From assembly GCA_046290225.1 (NCBI GenBank), contig JBKAGE010000002.1, positions 33,392 to 97,391 on the forward strand: a stretch of 64,000 nt of DNA, in the 5' to 3' direction. The DNA is from Bradymonadia bacterium (GTDB lineage Bacteria; Myxococcota_A; Bradymonadia; UBA7976; UBA1532). Both the position numbers and the translations under genes were made by a program. Below the pieces are notes generated by a model. It worked only from the letters and a program-made list of their open reading frames with translations. It was not told the origin of the DNA and ran no database searches. Shown piece after piece: positions 28,383 through 38,457 of this stretch (position 1 is the first letter of the stretch; each line of letters begins with the position of its first letter).

Positions 28383-29057
28383 TCACTCTGCTTCCAGGAT
28401 CTCCACCACCAACGACTCCAGGCTCCGCATGCCCGCAGCTCGGCCCACCTCGAGTGCGGCGTCGACATCAAATCCAAGGCGCTCGGCGTGAAAGAAGGCC
28501 CACGATGCCCCCACCCGGTTGCTCGAGGCGCAGTGCAAGTACACAGTGCCGCCAGCATCAATGAGCGCCTCGTACAGGTCATACATGCCTTCGCGGAAGG
28601 CCACATCGCGGTAGTCGTTCCCACTGGTGGGGTAGCGGGTGAAGCTGCCACCGAGGCCCTCGACGAGGCCTGGCTCGTCGAAGGGATCTTCTTCGGGGTA
28701 GCGCAGGCTGATGACTGGCACCCCAGCTTCCACGACCTCAGTGAGGCGAGCTTCGGTGGGCTGGCCAGCGGCAATCCAGTCGAACTCTACATCGCGCTCG
28801 TAGTCTTCGGTGGCCCTCAAGATCACGGCCTCTGAGGGCATCGCCTCCATATCTGGGGCCCCCAAGTCAGGCAAACCCATGTCAGCGTTCCCGGGGGGCA
28901 TCATCTCCATGTCCGATGCCGTCTCGGTGCCCATGTCCATCTCTGTGGCCATGATCTCAGCGTCCGGGACAGCCTGAACGTCGCCACTGTCGTCGCCGTC
29001 GTCACACGCCACAGCGCTCACCAGGATTGTGCAGATGGTCCACATCGAACTTCGCAT
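28383..29057 (-). CDS. Lipoprotein with phosphatase-like (DUF442/PTP fold) domain
   Basis: Lipobox AVAC; AGQPT, VISLR, YLHCASSNRVG P-loop. Confidence 0.75.
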   Translation of the reverse strand: MRSSMWTICTILVSAVACDDGDDSGDVQAVPDAEIMATEMDMGTETASDMEMMPPGNADMGLPDLGAPDMEAMPSEAVILRATEDYERDVEFDWIAAGQPTEARLTEVVEAGVPVISLRYPEEDPFDEPGLVEGLGGSFTRYPTSGNDYRDVAFREGMYDLYEALIDAGGTVYLHCASSNRVGASWAFFHAERLGFDVDAALEVGRAAGMRSLESLVVEILEAE

Positions 29058-29094
29058 CGTTCGCTCCTCAACAACCAGAACAAAACAAAATACA

Positions 29095-29113
29095 ATTGAT
29101 TAACTACATCAAT
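29095..29113. promoter_or_regulatory. Palindrome ATTGAT-N7-ATCAAT in the AT-rich divergent promoter region
   Basis: ATTGATTAACTACATCAAT between lipoprotein and LysR genes. Confidence 0.4.
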
Positions 29114-29205
29114 GAAACACCATTCAAAAGGTTACGCCCCTCAATGGGTTTCGATGCATGGTGAGCGCAGCGATACCTGAGCGAGCAATTTGGAGTCTCT
29201 CACCC

Positions 29206-30087
29206 ATGTCGTATGCCGATCTGCCCTGGGATGACGTCAGATTGTTCCTCACTCTCTATCGGGCGCGGACCATGGGTGAGGCCGCGAAGAACCTCAAGAT
29301 CAACATCTCGACCATCTCCCGCCGCCTCATCGCCCTCGAAGAGGCCCTGGACACGCGCCTGTTCGATCGCGGTCGAGAGGGCCTCAGGGCCACCCAGGCC
29401 GCCCATGATCTCATCGCCGCCGCCGAGCTCGTGGAGCATGGTGTGGCGCAGTTCTCCAATGCCATCGACGGCCTCGAGCGAGAGATCTCTGGTGTGGTGC
29501 GTCTCGCGTGCCCGCCTGACGCAGCCGATGTGCTGGTGCTGCCCATGCTCAAGGGGCTGCTGACACGACACCCGCAGCTGCGGATCAGCCTTCAGCCCGG
29601 CGAGTCCGTCGTGGATCTCAACCGTCGAGAGGCAGATCTGGCGCTGCGCATCGTCAAGCCCACTCGCGGTGATTTGCTGGTGCGCAAGGTGGGCACGGTG
29701 AAGTTCCTGCTGGCCGCTCACCCCGAGCTGGCTTCACGGCTGACCCCCGTGACCTCGCTGGCTCGACTGCCCTGGGTGGGTTGGGGAGACCAGCTCGAAG
29801 ACAGCCCACTGGCGCGCTGGATGACGACTCACATGGGCACTGCTCCAGTGATCAGCACCGACAGCCTCAGGACACAGATCGCAGCGGCGGCCTCAGGCCT
29901 CGGGGTGGCTCTGGTGCCCCACCCCAGCGTGGGCCACTACGGCCTCGTTCCGCTGGCCCTGCCCGAGACGATCTCCAGGGCATTGCCTCAGACCGATCTG
30001 TTCCTGGTGACGCACCAGAGCTTGAGGCATGTACCCCGTGTGAAGGCGGTGTGGGAGGCGCTGCTGGACACATTGAGCGGCATCTAG
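29206..30087 (+). CDS. LysR-family transcriptional regulator
   Basis: WDDVRLF...AAKNL..NISTISRRL..LE..L...LF.R HTH; READLALR. Confidence 0.93.
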   Translation: MSYADLPWDDVRLFLTLYRARTMGEAAKNLKINISTISRRLIALEEALDTRLFDRGREGLRATQAAHDLIAAAELVEHGVAQFSNAIDGLEREISGVVRLACPPDAADVLVLPMLKGLLTRHPQLRISLQPGESVVDLNRREADLALRIVKPTRGDLLVRKVGTVKFLLAAHPELASRLTPVTSLARLPWVGWGDQLEDSPLARWMTTHMGTAPVISTDSLRTQIAAAASGLGVALVPHPSVGHYGLVPLALPETISRALPQTDLFLVTHQSLRHVPRVKAVWEALLDTLSGI

Positions 30088-30148
30088 AGAGGCTTTTTTC
30101 AAAAAAACTGAAACAGTTTCTCGCCGCTCTGGATATGCCTGACTGACG

Positions 30149-30748
30149 ATGAAAAAGCGCCGCTCCAACGAGGCCTCAGACGCCGATCTCAGCCGCCGCG
30201 CATTGCGGGGAGACCACAGCGCCTGGAGAGCCCTCGTTCGACGACACACCCCCATGGTCTACCGGCTGTCGGCTCGAATCCTCGGCCCTGGCCCTGAAGC
30301 AGAAGACGCTTGTCAGGAGGCGTTCCTCAAGATGCACCGCGCCCTGCACCAGTACGATCCCACCCGGCCCCTGGCGCCGTGGCTCGGGCGCATCACCTAC
30401 CACGTCTGCCTCAAGCGGCTGGCCAGGGTGAAGGGCGACGCCGAGGCGACAGATCCGGTGGAGCTGGGGCAGATGCTCGACGAGCGCGCAGCGAGCCCGG
30501 AGCGGGCCGCTGCTGATCGCGAAGCCGGGCGTATCATGCAGGCCGCCCTCGACACGCTCTCGGCCCAGGATCGCGCCCTCATCACCCTGCGCTATGTCGA
30601 GGGCATGACCGACGTAGAGGTAGGCGAGGCCGTGGGCATGCACCGCAACACCGTGCGCACCCGGCTTTTCCGTGCGCGTCAGGCCCTGCGCAAGATGCTG
30701 GGGCCCCTGTTCGACAAGCCCCTGTTCGACAAGGCAGGTGACCGATGA
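30149..30748 (+). CDS. ECF sigma factor
   Basis: EAEDACQEAFLK region 2; TVRTRLFRARQALR region 4. Confidence 0.92.
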   Translation: MKKRRSNEASDADLSRRALRGDHSAWRALVRRHTPMVYRLSARILGPGPEAEDACQEAFLKMHRALHQYDPTRPLAPWLGRITYHVCLKRLARVKGDAEATDPVELGQMLDERAASPERAAADREAGRIMQAALDTLSAQDRALITLRYVEGMTDVEVGEAVGMHRNTVRTRLFRARQALRKMLGPLFDKPLFDKAGDR

Positions 30749-31188
30749 AGACCCAGGCGGAGATCGATCTCGCCCGTCGACTCGACGACTACCTCGACGG
30801 GCGGCTGAGTCACGAGGAGACGCGGATCACCGAGCGGTTGTTGATCGAGCCGGAGATCGCCGACGCCCTCGCCGAAGCCATCGCGCTGCGAGAGCTGCTC
30901 AGCCACGTGGCTGAGCAGCTCTCGCCCCCCGAGGGCCTCGACGATCGCATCATCGCCGCCCTGGGTGTCGAAGAAGAGGCTGAGGTGCTCGATCTCACCG
31001 AGGCGCCTGCAGGTGGCTGGGTCCGCGGGCTCTTCGCCACTGCTGGCATGATGGTCCAAGGCTCTCGCTCAGGGGTGAGCAACATGGGATACGCCCTGGC
31101 CTCCTTCAGCTTCTGGCCCTCGAAGGAGAAGCCCCCGCGCCGGCCTCTATGGCGGCGCGCTCTGAGCTTCGCCGGGAGGCAGGGGTGA
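30745..31188 (+). CDS. Probable anti-sigma factor
   Basis: ATGA overlap with ECF; LDDYLDGRLS anti-sigma-like N-terminus without HxxxCxxC. Confidence 0.7.
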   Translation: MKTQAEIDLARRLDDYLDGRLSHEETRITERLLIEPEIADALAEAIALRELLSHVAEQLSPPEGLDDRIIAALGVEEEAEVLDLTEAPAGGWVRGLFATAGMMVQGSRSGVSNMGYALASFSFWPSKEKPPRRPLWRRALSFAGRQG

Positions 31189-31802
31189 TCGTGGAGGTCC
31201 TCTGGTGGGCGCTCTGGGTGATGCTCGGCGGCCTGGCGCTGCTGATCTTCATGCCCTGGACCTGGCGTGTCGAGGGCAACCTCGATGACGAGGGGGCGTG
31301 GTGGCACGCCCACCTGACCTGGGGCCTCGGGCTCCTGGCGATCCACGCCGGCAGCGACGGCGCCACCCTGCGGGTGTGCGGTCTGCGAGTGGTGAAGCTG
31401 TCCGGCCGGGGAGAACAGTCCCAGGAGAAGCAGAAACGACCGCGCAAAAGGCGCAAGGGGTCGAAGAAACGCAGTCGTCGGGGCGTGCGCTGGTTCCTCG
31501 CTCATCGGCGTACGCTGCTCTGGTGCGTCAAACGATATGTGAAGGCGCTGCACCTCAGCGGCTGCATCGAAGGTGAGATCGGCCTGCCCCGACCTGATCA
31601 GACCGCAGCAGTGCACCGCCTGCTCGATGCCCTCGATGCTCGGCTCCCTCTGGGGGTGCTGCAGGTCCATGTGCACTGGGTAGAAGAGGTCCTCGCGCTC
31701 CGGAGCCACCTGAAGGGTTGGATGTGGCCCGCTCAGGTGCTGGCGATCACGATCGCCCTACTGTTCCACAGCCGCACGCGGCGCATGCTGCGCGCCACTT
31801 GA
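31185..31802 (+). CDS. Membrane protein, YtfI/DUF2953-like
   Basis: GTGA overlap; N-terminal TM, basic linker, D.TA motif; lies before GerW/YtfJ genes as ytfI does. Confidence 0.55.
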   Translation: MIVEVLWWALWVMLGGLALLIFMPWTWRVEGNLDDEGAWWHAHLTWGLGLLAIHAGSDGATLRVCGLRVVKLSGRGEQSQEKQKRPRKRRKGSKKRSRRGVRWFLAHRRTLLWCVKRYVKALHLSGCIEGEIGLPRPDQTAAVHRLLDALDARLPLGVLQVHVHWVEEVLALRSHLKGWMWPAQVLAITIALLFHSRTRRMLRAT

Positions 31803-31810
31803 TTCGACAA

Positions 31811-31843
31811 TTCTCACAGCATTTCTCACAGCACTTCTCACAG
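31811..31843 (+). repeat. Tandem repeat TTCTCACAG x3, 12-bp period
   Basis: Copies at 31811, 31823 and 31835. Confidence 0.85.
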
Positions 31844-31873
31844 GGGTCTTCACGGACTCAACGGAGGCAAGAC

Positions 31874-32164
31874 ATGAAGCACGTACAGGCCATGCTCGAG
31901 GCCGTCACCGGACGCCTCAAGGCCCTCGCCCAGCGAAACGCCGTCGTGGCCAAGCCCATCTCCGTGGGCGATCGCCATGTGCTCACCCTCTGCGAGCTGA
32001 GCATCGGCTTCGGCGGCGCTGGGGGCGCTGGCGAAGGAGAAGAGAGTAGCCACGGCGGGGGCAAAGGCACTGGCGGCGGCGCCGGCGGCAAGGCCGCAGC
32101 CTGCCCTGTGGCCGTGCTCATCGTAGAAGACGGCAAGGTCCGTCTGGAGCACCTGGGCACATGA
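31874..32164 (+). CDS. GerW/YtfJ-family protein (copy 1)
   Basis: VVAKPISVGD...LSIGFGGAGGAG...GGGAGG...PVAVLIV. Confidence 0.75.
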   Translation: MKHVQAMLEAVTGRLKALAQRNAVVAKPISVGDRHVLTLCELSIGFGGAGGAGEGEESSHGGGKGTGGGAGGKAAACPVAVLIVEDGKVRLEHLGT

Positions 32165-32227
32165 TCCCGCTTTTACTCGACTTTCTCATCTCATCCATCA
32201 AATCACTGCTCACTGGGAGAAGACGCC

Positions 32228-32641
32228 ATGGACTCGATTCTCGATCTGCTCAACACCGTCGCCGGTAACCTCGAAGACGCCTCCCAGAGCGATGTGGTGG
32301 TGGGGCAGGCCATCGATCTGGGCAAGGTACAAATCGTGCCGTTGTCCCGGCTGAGCCTGGGCCTCGGCGTCGGCGGTGGCGAGGGTCAGGGAGAGGTGCA
32401 CGCCCACGGCAAGGGCCGCCACAAACACCGTGGCGGCAAGGGCAAGGGCCGCGGCGCGGCCACAGGCATGGGGGCCAAGATCAGACCTGTGGGTGTGGCC
32501 ATCTTCACCGAAGACGGCGTCGAGGTGCTCCCCATCGCCGATCGCAAAGGGATACTCGACAAGATCTTCGACAAGATCCCCGACGTCATCGACATGGTGG
32601 AGCGGGTGACGGGGAAAGACGCACCAGCGAAGGATGCATAG
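32228..32641 (+). CDS. GerW/YtfJ-family protein (copy 2)
   Basis: VVVGQAI...IVPLSRLSLGLGVGGGEG...IRPVGV...DKIFDKIPDVID. Confidence 0.8.
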   Translation: MDSILDLLNTVAGNLEDASQSDVVVGQAIDLGKVQIVPLSRLSLGLGVGGGEGQGEVHAHGKGRHKHRGGKGKGRGAATGMGAKIRPVGVAIFTEDGVEVLPIADRKGILDKIFDKIPDVIDMVERVTGKDAPAKDA

Positions 32642-32714
32642 ACCCTCGGGCTGCTCCACGCAGCCATCGCCAGTCCTCGAGCATCTACCCCCTGACACAC
32701 ATCGAGGACACCGC

Positions 32715-34151
32715 ATGAAACTGCAGCTCGAGCACACCTTCGCCCGCGATCTCGAGGGGCTCTACATCCCGCACACGCCTCAGGGGTTCCCCCAACCCGA
32801 GCTGATGCTCTTCAACGACGCGCTCAACGAGGCTCTGGGCTTGCCAGAGGTGACACCAGAGCAAGCCGCGATGCTGTTCTCGGGCAGTGGGCTCCCCGAT
32901 GACGCCGAGCCTCTGGCCCAGGCCTATGCCGGGCATCAGTTCGGCGGGTTCAACCCCCAGCTCGGCGACGGGCGCGCCACCCTCATCGGCGAGAAGGTGG
33001 CTCCTGATAGGCGTCGGTTCGATCTGCAGCTCAAAGGGTCCGGCCGCACCCCCTTCTCCCGAGGTGGTGATGGCAGGGCTGCAGTGGGGCCGGTTCTGCG
33101 GGAGTACCTGGTCTCCGAGGCGATGCACCACCTCGGCGTGCCCACCACCCGCGTGCTGGCGGCCATCAAAACTGGGGAAACGATCCGCAGGGAGACCCCG
33201 CTCCCCGGGGCCGTGCTCACCCGGGTGGCGGCGAGCCACCTTCGCGTGGGCACGCTGCAGTTCTTCTCGGCTCGGGAAGACCACGAGAGCCTGAAGCGTC
33301 TCGTGGACTACACGCTCCAGCGCCACTTCCCGGATCGCGTAGGCGCTGAGTCACCGGCCCTGGCGTTGCTCAACGGGGTGGCGCTGGCTCAGGCGAATCT
33401 CATCGCCCGCTGGATGCACGTGGGCTTCGTGCACGGGGTGATGAACACCGACAACTTCGCCCTCTCCGGGGAGACCATCGACTATGGCCCCTGCGCGTTC
33501 ATGGACACGTACGACCCGGCGACGGTCTTCAGCTCCATCGATCACCACGGTCGATATGCCTATGGCAACCAGCCAGGCATCGGGAAGTGGAACCTGGCCC
33601 GTATGGGCGAAGCGTTGTTGCCCTTGCTCAACGCAGATCAAGATGCTGCGGTGAAGCAGGTGTATGGGGTTTTGGACCTGTATCAGAGCACTTTCGAGGG
33701 TCACTTCCTCGCGGGCATGCGTCGGAAGTTCGGTCTCGTCGGTGACGAAGCGGGAGACGCCCCCCTGATCTCCACCTTCTTCGACTGGATGCGGGACACG
33801 CACAAGGATTTCACCAGCACCTTCCGGGCCCTCGCCCGTGGGCTGCGAGAAGATGCTCTGCCCTTCGACGACGTGCCCTTTGCCCAGTGGCACACGCGCT
33901 GGCGTGCTCGACACGGCGACGCCGAGCCCGCCTCTGTCGCCGACGCCATGGATCGCGTCAACCCGCTCTACATCCCCCGCAACCACCTCGTGGAAGAGGT
34001 CCTCGAGGCCGCCGAGGGTGGAGATCTCGACCCCATCCGCACCCTGTTGCAGGTGCTGGCATCTCCCTTCGAGGTCCAAGCAGGGCGTGAGCGCTATGCG
34101 GAGCCCGCGCCGGCCTCATTTGGCTGCTACCGGACTTTCTGCGGTACTTGA
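32715..34151 (+). CDS. selO: SelO/YdiU protein adenylyltransferase
   Basis: YAGHQFG..NPQLGDGRA, QLKGSGRTPFSRGGDGRA, HGVMNTDN, IDYGP, C-terminal YRTFCGT. Confidence 0.93.
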   Translation: MKLQLEHTFARDLEGLYIPHTPQGFPQPELMLFNDALNEALGLPEVTPEQAAMLFSGSGLPDDAEPLAQAYAGHQFGGFNPQLGDGRATLIGEKVAPDRRRFDLQLKGSGRTPFSRGGDGRAAVGPVLREYLVSEAMHHLGVPTTRVLAAIKTGETIRRETPLPGAVLTRVAASHLRVGTLQFFSAREDHESLKRLVDYTLQRHFPDRVGAESPALALLNGVALAQANLIARWMHVGFVHGVMNTDNFALSGETIDYGPCAFMDTYDPATVFSSIDHHGRYAYGNQPGIGKWNLARMGEALLPLLNADQDAAVKQVYGVLDLYQSTFEGHFLAGMRRKFGLVGDEAGDAPLISTFFDWMRDTHKDFTSTFRALARGLREDALPFDDVPFAQWHTRWRARHGDAEPASVADAMDRVNPLYIPRNHLVEEVLEAAEGGDLDPIRTLLQVLASPFEVQAGRERYAEPAPASFGCYRTFCGT

Positions 34152-34179
34152 TGCCTGTTGCATGCTCAAGGAGGACTCG

Positions 34180-34626
34180 ATGATCGACTGGAAAGAGGTG
34201 TTGCGCCGGGCCAAAGAGGGCAACGCAGAGCCCCCTCGACGGGTGGAGAAGTCAGAGGCCGAGTGGCAAGCCGAGCTGAGCCCTGAGGTCTTCTACGTGA
34301 CCCGCCGCTCGGGGACCGAGCGACCCTTCAGCTCGCAGATGTGCGGCCTCTTCGGCCCCGGTCTGTATCACTGCGCATGCTGCGGCACGCTGCTCTTCGA
34401 CGCCGCGGAGAAGTTCGACTCGGGCACGGGATGGCCCTCGTTCACCCAGCCTGTGGACGGCACCACTGTGGCCTATCACGCGGATCACACGCACGGCATG
34501 GTTCGGGTGGAGACCACCTGCGCCGTGTGTGACGCTCACCTGGGTCACGTGTTCCCCGACGGACCCCCGCCCTCGGGTCTGCGCTACTGCATGAATGCAG
34601 TGGCCCTGCACAAAGAAGGCGCCTGA
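34180..34626 (+). CDS. msrB: Methionine-R-sulfoxide reductase
   Basis: GTERPF, CACC, KFDSGTGWPSF, HLGHVFPDGP, RYCMN. Confidence 0.95.
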   Translation: MIDWKEVLRRAKEGNAEPPRRVEKSEAEWQAELSPEVFYVTRRSGTERPFSSQMCGLFGPGLYHCACCGTLLFDAAEKFDSGTGWPSFTQPVDGTTVAYHADHTHGMVRVETTCAVCDAHLGHVFPDGPPPSGLRYCMNAVALHKEGA

Positions 34627-34641
34627 CAGCCCCCTGGGGGC

Positions 34642-36072
34642 CTACCCCGGCAGCTTCGCCTGATTCACGATACGTTTCGCCTCTCGCAGGCCCGACATCA
34701 CCGCCCCGTGGGCCGTGGCGAACATCTCCTCCATGGTGGCTTCCCCAGCGAACAAGACCGGTCCCATGGGCTCGGCCAACGCAGTTCGATCTTTCGGTGA
34801 AGCGCCAACAGCGGTGAGGCTGTACGCCCCATGAGCGAAGGGGTCGGACCACCAGCGGGTCACGTACGTGGCCGCTGGTGTGGGCACCGAGCGCCCCAGG
34901 ATCGCACGCAGCGCACGGAGCGTCCTGTCGATGATCGGCCCGTCGCTGGTGGTCTTCTGCATCTCCGCTGCAGATGGCCCAGTGCACAGGCCCACCCACG
35001 TCGTGGCGCCAGCGTGCTCGGTCATGTCGATGAGCAGCGGGCAGTCTCGCCCTGCGTCTCCTCGATGGAGCACCGAGCCGATCTCCGCAGGCCAGAAGCG
35101 CTCCGAGAATGTGAGGACCACCTTCTCCATGGTGTTCATCTGAAGGCGCTCGATGGCTGCCCTCTTGCCCGGACTCAGCGCAGGCTCGAACTTGATGCTG
35201 CCTGATTTGAGCACCCCGAGAGGCACAGTGACGATGACATGATCCGCAGTGATGCTGTCTGTTTTGGTGTCGACCGTCACGGTGTCTCCCGTGGTCTTCA
35301 CGCGGGTCACCACATGCTCAGTGCGTACATCCACCCCCTCGGCGAGGAACTTCACCAGCTCGAGGTAGCCCCCCTCGATGGTCACATCTCCTCCGCTCAG
35401 CTCGTTGCTCGCGCTGTGAAAGAGCCAGTGGAGCGAGACCTGCTCCGAGGGCCCGGAGTCTCCGGTGAACGTGGTCAGGGTGTGCAACACCAGCGCCCGC
35501 AATGCCGGGGAAAGCTCCAGCTCGTTCACATAGGCCCTGAGGGCCTGTGCCAGGCTGGTCCGCTCGCTCTCGGCGAGCGCCTCGGTCGTTTCGGCCTCGA
35601 AGAAGCCCTCCACGGCTTCAACCACAGCAGCAGCTTCGTCTTCAGTCAGCGCTCTGCCGAGCGCGTCGTCGTAGATGACGGAGGGGTCGATCTCCTGAGG
35701 CGGCATCTTCAACCCCGCGGCGCGACACAGCACAGCGAGCGGGTTGTCATCGGGCCCATGGATCCAGGCAGCGCCGAGGTCGATCTTCGCCGCGCCCACC
35801 GAGGCGGTGTGGGTCCGCCCACCGATGCGGGCCCGCCCTTCGAGCACCACCACCTTCTGACCTGCGTTCTGTAGCGCCTTCGCCGCAGTGAGCCCCGCCA
35901 GACCTGCGCCGATGACCACCACCGAGCGCTGTGCTGGCGCAGACGCGTCGATCGATGACGGCTTGGGCTGCTTCGTGCACGCGCTCAACCCCCCAAGGCC
36001 GAGCGTACTCGCGGTCAACAGCTTGAACAGGGTCTCCATGGCCTCGCGGCGGGAGTGTATACCCATGCCCAT
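34642..36072 (-). CDS. Flavin amine oxidase, probable Tat lipoprotein
   Basis: SRRE twin-Arg, LSAC lipobox, VIGAGLAGL, RIGGR, DLGAAWIHG, FAGEAT, HGA..SG.REA. Confidence 0.88.
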   Translation of the reverse strand: MGMGIHSRREAMETLFKLLTASTLGLGGLSACTKQPKPSSIDASAPAQRSVVVIGAGLAGLTAAKALQNAGQKVVVLEGRARIGGRTHTASVGAAKIDLGAAWIHGPDDNPLAVLCRAAGLKMPPQEIDPSVIYDDALGRALTEDEAAAVVEAVEGFFEAETTEALAESERTSLAQALRAYVNELELSPALRALVLHTLTTFTGDSGPSEQVSLHWLFHSASNELSGGDVTIEGGYLELVKFLAEGVDVRTEHVVTRVKTTGDTVTVDTKTDSITADHVIVTVPLGVLKSGSIKFEPALSPGKRAAIERLQMNTMEKVVLTFSERFWPAEIGSVLHRGDAGRDCPLLIDMTEHAGATTWVGLCTGPSAAEMQKTTSDGPIIDRTLRALRAILGRSVPTPAATYVTRWWSDPFAHGAYSLTAVGASPKDRTALAEPMGPVLFAGEATMEEMFATAHGAVMSGLREAKRIVNQAKLPG

Positions 36073-36143
36073 CTCCTCTTTTTGACGTGCGTATTGCAAG
36101 ACAGCCGTACACCTTCCGGCGTTGCCACCGTAGACTGTTTGTC

Positions 36144-37334
36144 ATGCAGATTTCATGTTTTCGACTTGCCGCGTGCGCCATCGCCTTGATGGCACTCTCC
36201 CTGCCGTTCAGCTCTACGCCAGCCTCCGCCCAGGTGCATCCGCAGACACCGCCCGTGTTGAAGCCTCTGATGGAGAAACAACCCCTCACCACGCTGTTGA
36301 TGGGCGAGTCCCCAGAGCCCACTCTCATCGCCACGTGGGTGAGAAAGAACGCTGATGTGCCTGCGGGCCTCTGGCTGCGGTCTCTCAACCGTGGGCCCAT
36401 TGAGGCGAAGCGCATGCACCTCTTCAACGCCCTCGTCTCCACACCCAAGGGCAACGGCTGCCCTGATGGTGGCCAGGCGGTGTTGTGTTTCGCCGGCAGC
36501 ACAGCCCCCCGCAGCCCCACCCTCATGATGGCAGGGCCCGATCAACTCTGGGTGCTCTGGGTGGTGCGCGAGACGCAGGAGCATCACAGCTTCACCAAAG
36601 AAGATCGGCGCCCCACAGAGCGCACCCTGGTGCGCACCGTACTCACTGATCATCTGAGAGCTGCGCCCATCACGATGAGCGATCGCCAGTGGATGCAAGG
36701 CCCTGCGGTCTCGCGCAAGCTCGAGGCGCTGCTCCCCGACGATGTGCAGTTGGAGTTCGCCATCATCGATGGCATGCCCACGGCCTTCATGGGGGCGCAA
36801 CGATGGGCCCTCGACCAGAGAGAGTATGCGTGGAACACAGGCGCTCTGCTCGATCGCCCCGTGGAGCTCCCTCCACCTCCGCCACCACCACCGCCCCCGA
36901 AGATCTGCCGTGGCAAGCACAAAGAAGACTGCGGCAACGGGTGCGTCGACCTCCGCCGCAGCAGGCGCAACTGCGGCGGCTGTGGCCATGACTGTGGCAA
37001 ATACAAATGCTCCGGGGGGGTGTGTGGCCCACACTGCTACCGCGACAGAGACTGCAGAAACGTCTTCGGCGTCAAACAAGGCCGCTGCTACACCGAGCTT
37101 GTGCAGCTGAGAGGCACACCGATGCCGGAGCCGAGCTGTGATGATGACGGCGACTGCGGCCGCTGGATGCGCTGCAACGGCGGGTCGTGTGTGCCTCTCA
37201 AGTGCAGAACCAGCTCTGATTGCCCCAAAGGGGGCCGCGCCCGGTGCCTGAAGAGCGGCGCCCACAAGGTGTGCATCCCTCGGGGGCAGTGCGTCGCCAA
37301 CTTCCTGGTCCCTCAGGCCCCACCACGACCCTGA
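36144..37334 (+). CDS. Secreted protein with poly-Pro linker and Cys-rich repeats
   Basis: Signal peptide; PPPPPPPPP; CVDL...NCGGCGHDC and CxxDxDC repeats. Confidence 0.72.
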   Translation: MQISCFRLAACAIALMALSLPFSSTPASAQVHPQTPPVLKPLMEKQPLTTLLMGESPEPTLIATWVRKNADVPAGLWLRSLNRGPIEAKRMHLFNALVSTPKGNGCPDGGQAVLCFAGSTAPRSPTLMMAGPDQLWVLWVVRETQEHHSFTKEDRRPTERTLVRTVLTDHLRAAPITMSDRQWMQGPAVSRKLEALLPDDVQLEFAIIDGMPTAFMGAQRWALDQREYAWNTGALLDRPVELPPPPPPPPPPKICRGKHKEDCGNGCVDLRRSRRNCGGCGHDCGKYKCSGGVCGPHCYRDRDCRNVFGVKQGRCYTELVQLRGTPMPEPSCDDDGDCGRWMRCNGGSCVPLKCRTSSDCPKGGRARCLKSGAHKVCIPRGQCVANFLVPQAPPRP

Positions 37335-37400
37335 GACCATTCTGTCCACCAGCGCGCCCGTGTGCCATGCTCCCTCCACACCACGATCTAGGGAGTCGAG

Positions 37401-38093
37401 ATGGCGCGTAAACTCATCGCCGAGTTCATCGGTACATTCTGGCTGGTCTTCGGCGGTTGCGGCAGCGCCGTGCTCGCCGCAGCATTCCCCGACGTGGGCA
37501 TCGGCCTGCTCGGGGTCTCCTTCGCCTTTGGCCTCACGGTGCTCACCATGGCCTACGCCATCGGTCACATCTCCGGGTGTCACCTGAACCCGGCGGTGTC
37601 GATCGGGCTCTTCGTAGGCAAGCGGTTCGACGGCAAAGATCTCGCCCCCTACATCGTGACGCAGGTGGTGGCGGCCATCGCCGCCTCGGGGGTGCTCTAT
37701 GTCATCGCCTCGGGTAAGGCAGGCTTCGCCGTGGGGGGCTTCGCCGCCAACGGCTACGGTGACCTGTCTCCAGGGGGCTACAGCATGGTGGCCTGCCTCG
37801 TGGCCGAGGTCGTGCTCACCTTCATGTTCTTGATCATCATCCTCGGCGCCACCGACGCCCGGGCGCCAGCCGGGTTTGCGCCGATCCCCATCGGCCTGGG
37901 CCTCACCCTGATCCACCTGATCGGCATCCCGGTGACCAATCTCTCGGTGAACCCCGCCCGGAGCACGGGGCCGGCCCTCTTCGCCGATGGCGCCTTCGTG
38001 AGCCAGCTGTGGTTGTTTTGGGTGGCCCCCATCGTGGGCGCGGTGCTCGCAGCGGTGGTGTACCGCGCGATGGCTGGCGACGCCGAGGCCTGA
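37401..38093 (+). CDS. aqpZ: Aquaporin Z
   Basis: [33 protein letters not shown]. Confidence 0.97.
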   Translation: MARKLIAEFIGTFWLVFGGCGSAVLAAAFPDVGIGLLGVSFAFGLTVLTMAYAIGHISGCHLNPAVSIGLFVGKRFDGKDLAPYIVTQVVAAIAASGVLYVIASGKAGFAVGGFAANGYGDLSPGGYSMVACLVAEVVLTFMFLIIILGATDARAPAGFAPIPIGLGLTLIHLIGIPVTNLSVNPARSTGPALFADGAFVSQLWLFWVAPIVGAVLAAVVYRAMAGDAEA

Positions 38094-38096
38094 CGC

Positions 38097-38378
38097 TCAC
38101 GGCACTCTGAGGAACTCCACGTAGAACGAGACCTCCCCCAGAGGGGTCACCTCGTGGGGCACCTCGGGCTCCACCACCCCTTCGACCCCGGGGCTCAGCT
38201 CCACCTCCTCCATCACAGGCAGCAGGATCCGATAGAGCAGTCGGCCCTCCTCCACGTAAATACGACCCCACACACCGGCCTTGGTGTTGTGCTGGCGCAA
38301 CAAGCCCTTGGGCACAGTCTCGGCGGTGAAACTGGGGGTGCGTTTGTAAGGGCGCACGTCTTCGGGCAGCGACTTCAT
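38097..38378 (-). CDS. DUF1971 (YeaR/TehB N-terminal-like cupin)
   Basis: YKRTPSFT..TVP.GLL..HNTKAGVWG, FYVEF. Confidence 0.85.
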   Translation of the reverse strand: MKSLPEDVRPYKRTPSFTAETVPKGLLRQHNTKAGVWGRIYVEEGRLLYRILLPVMEEVELSPGVEGVVEPEVPHEVTPLGEVSFYVEFLRVP

Positions 38379-38457
38379 GGGCAGGCCTCCTTGAGGTTCG
38401 ACGTCGTTCTCGGCAGTCTGCGCTTCATCTCACCGAAGGCACAGCCCAGATGGAGCC

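Noticed and set aside
29095..29113. FNR box
   Set aside because: Half-sites match TTGAT/ATCAA but the spacer is 7 bp, not 4; kept only as a generic palindrome.
32715..34626. selO-msrB as a novel system
   Set aside because: A common oxidative-stress pairing; both proteins use Cys, not Sec.
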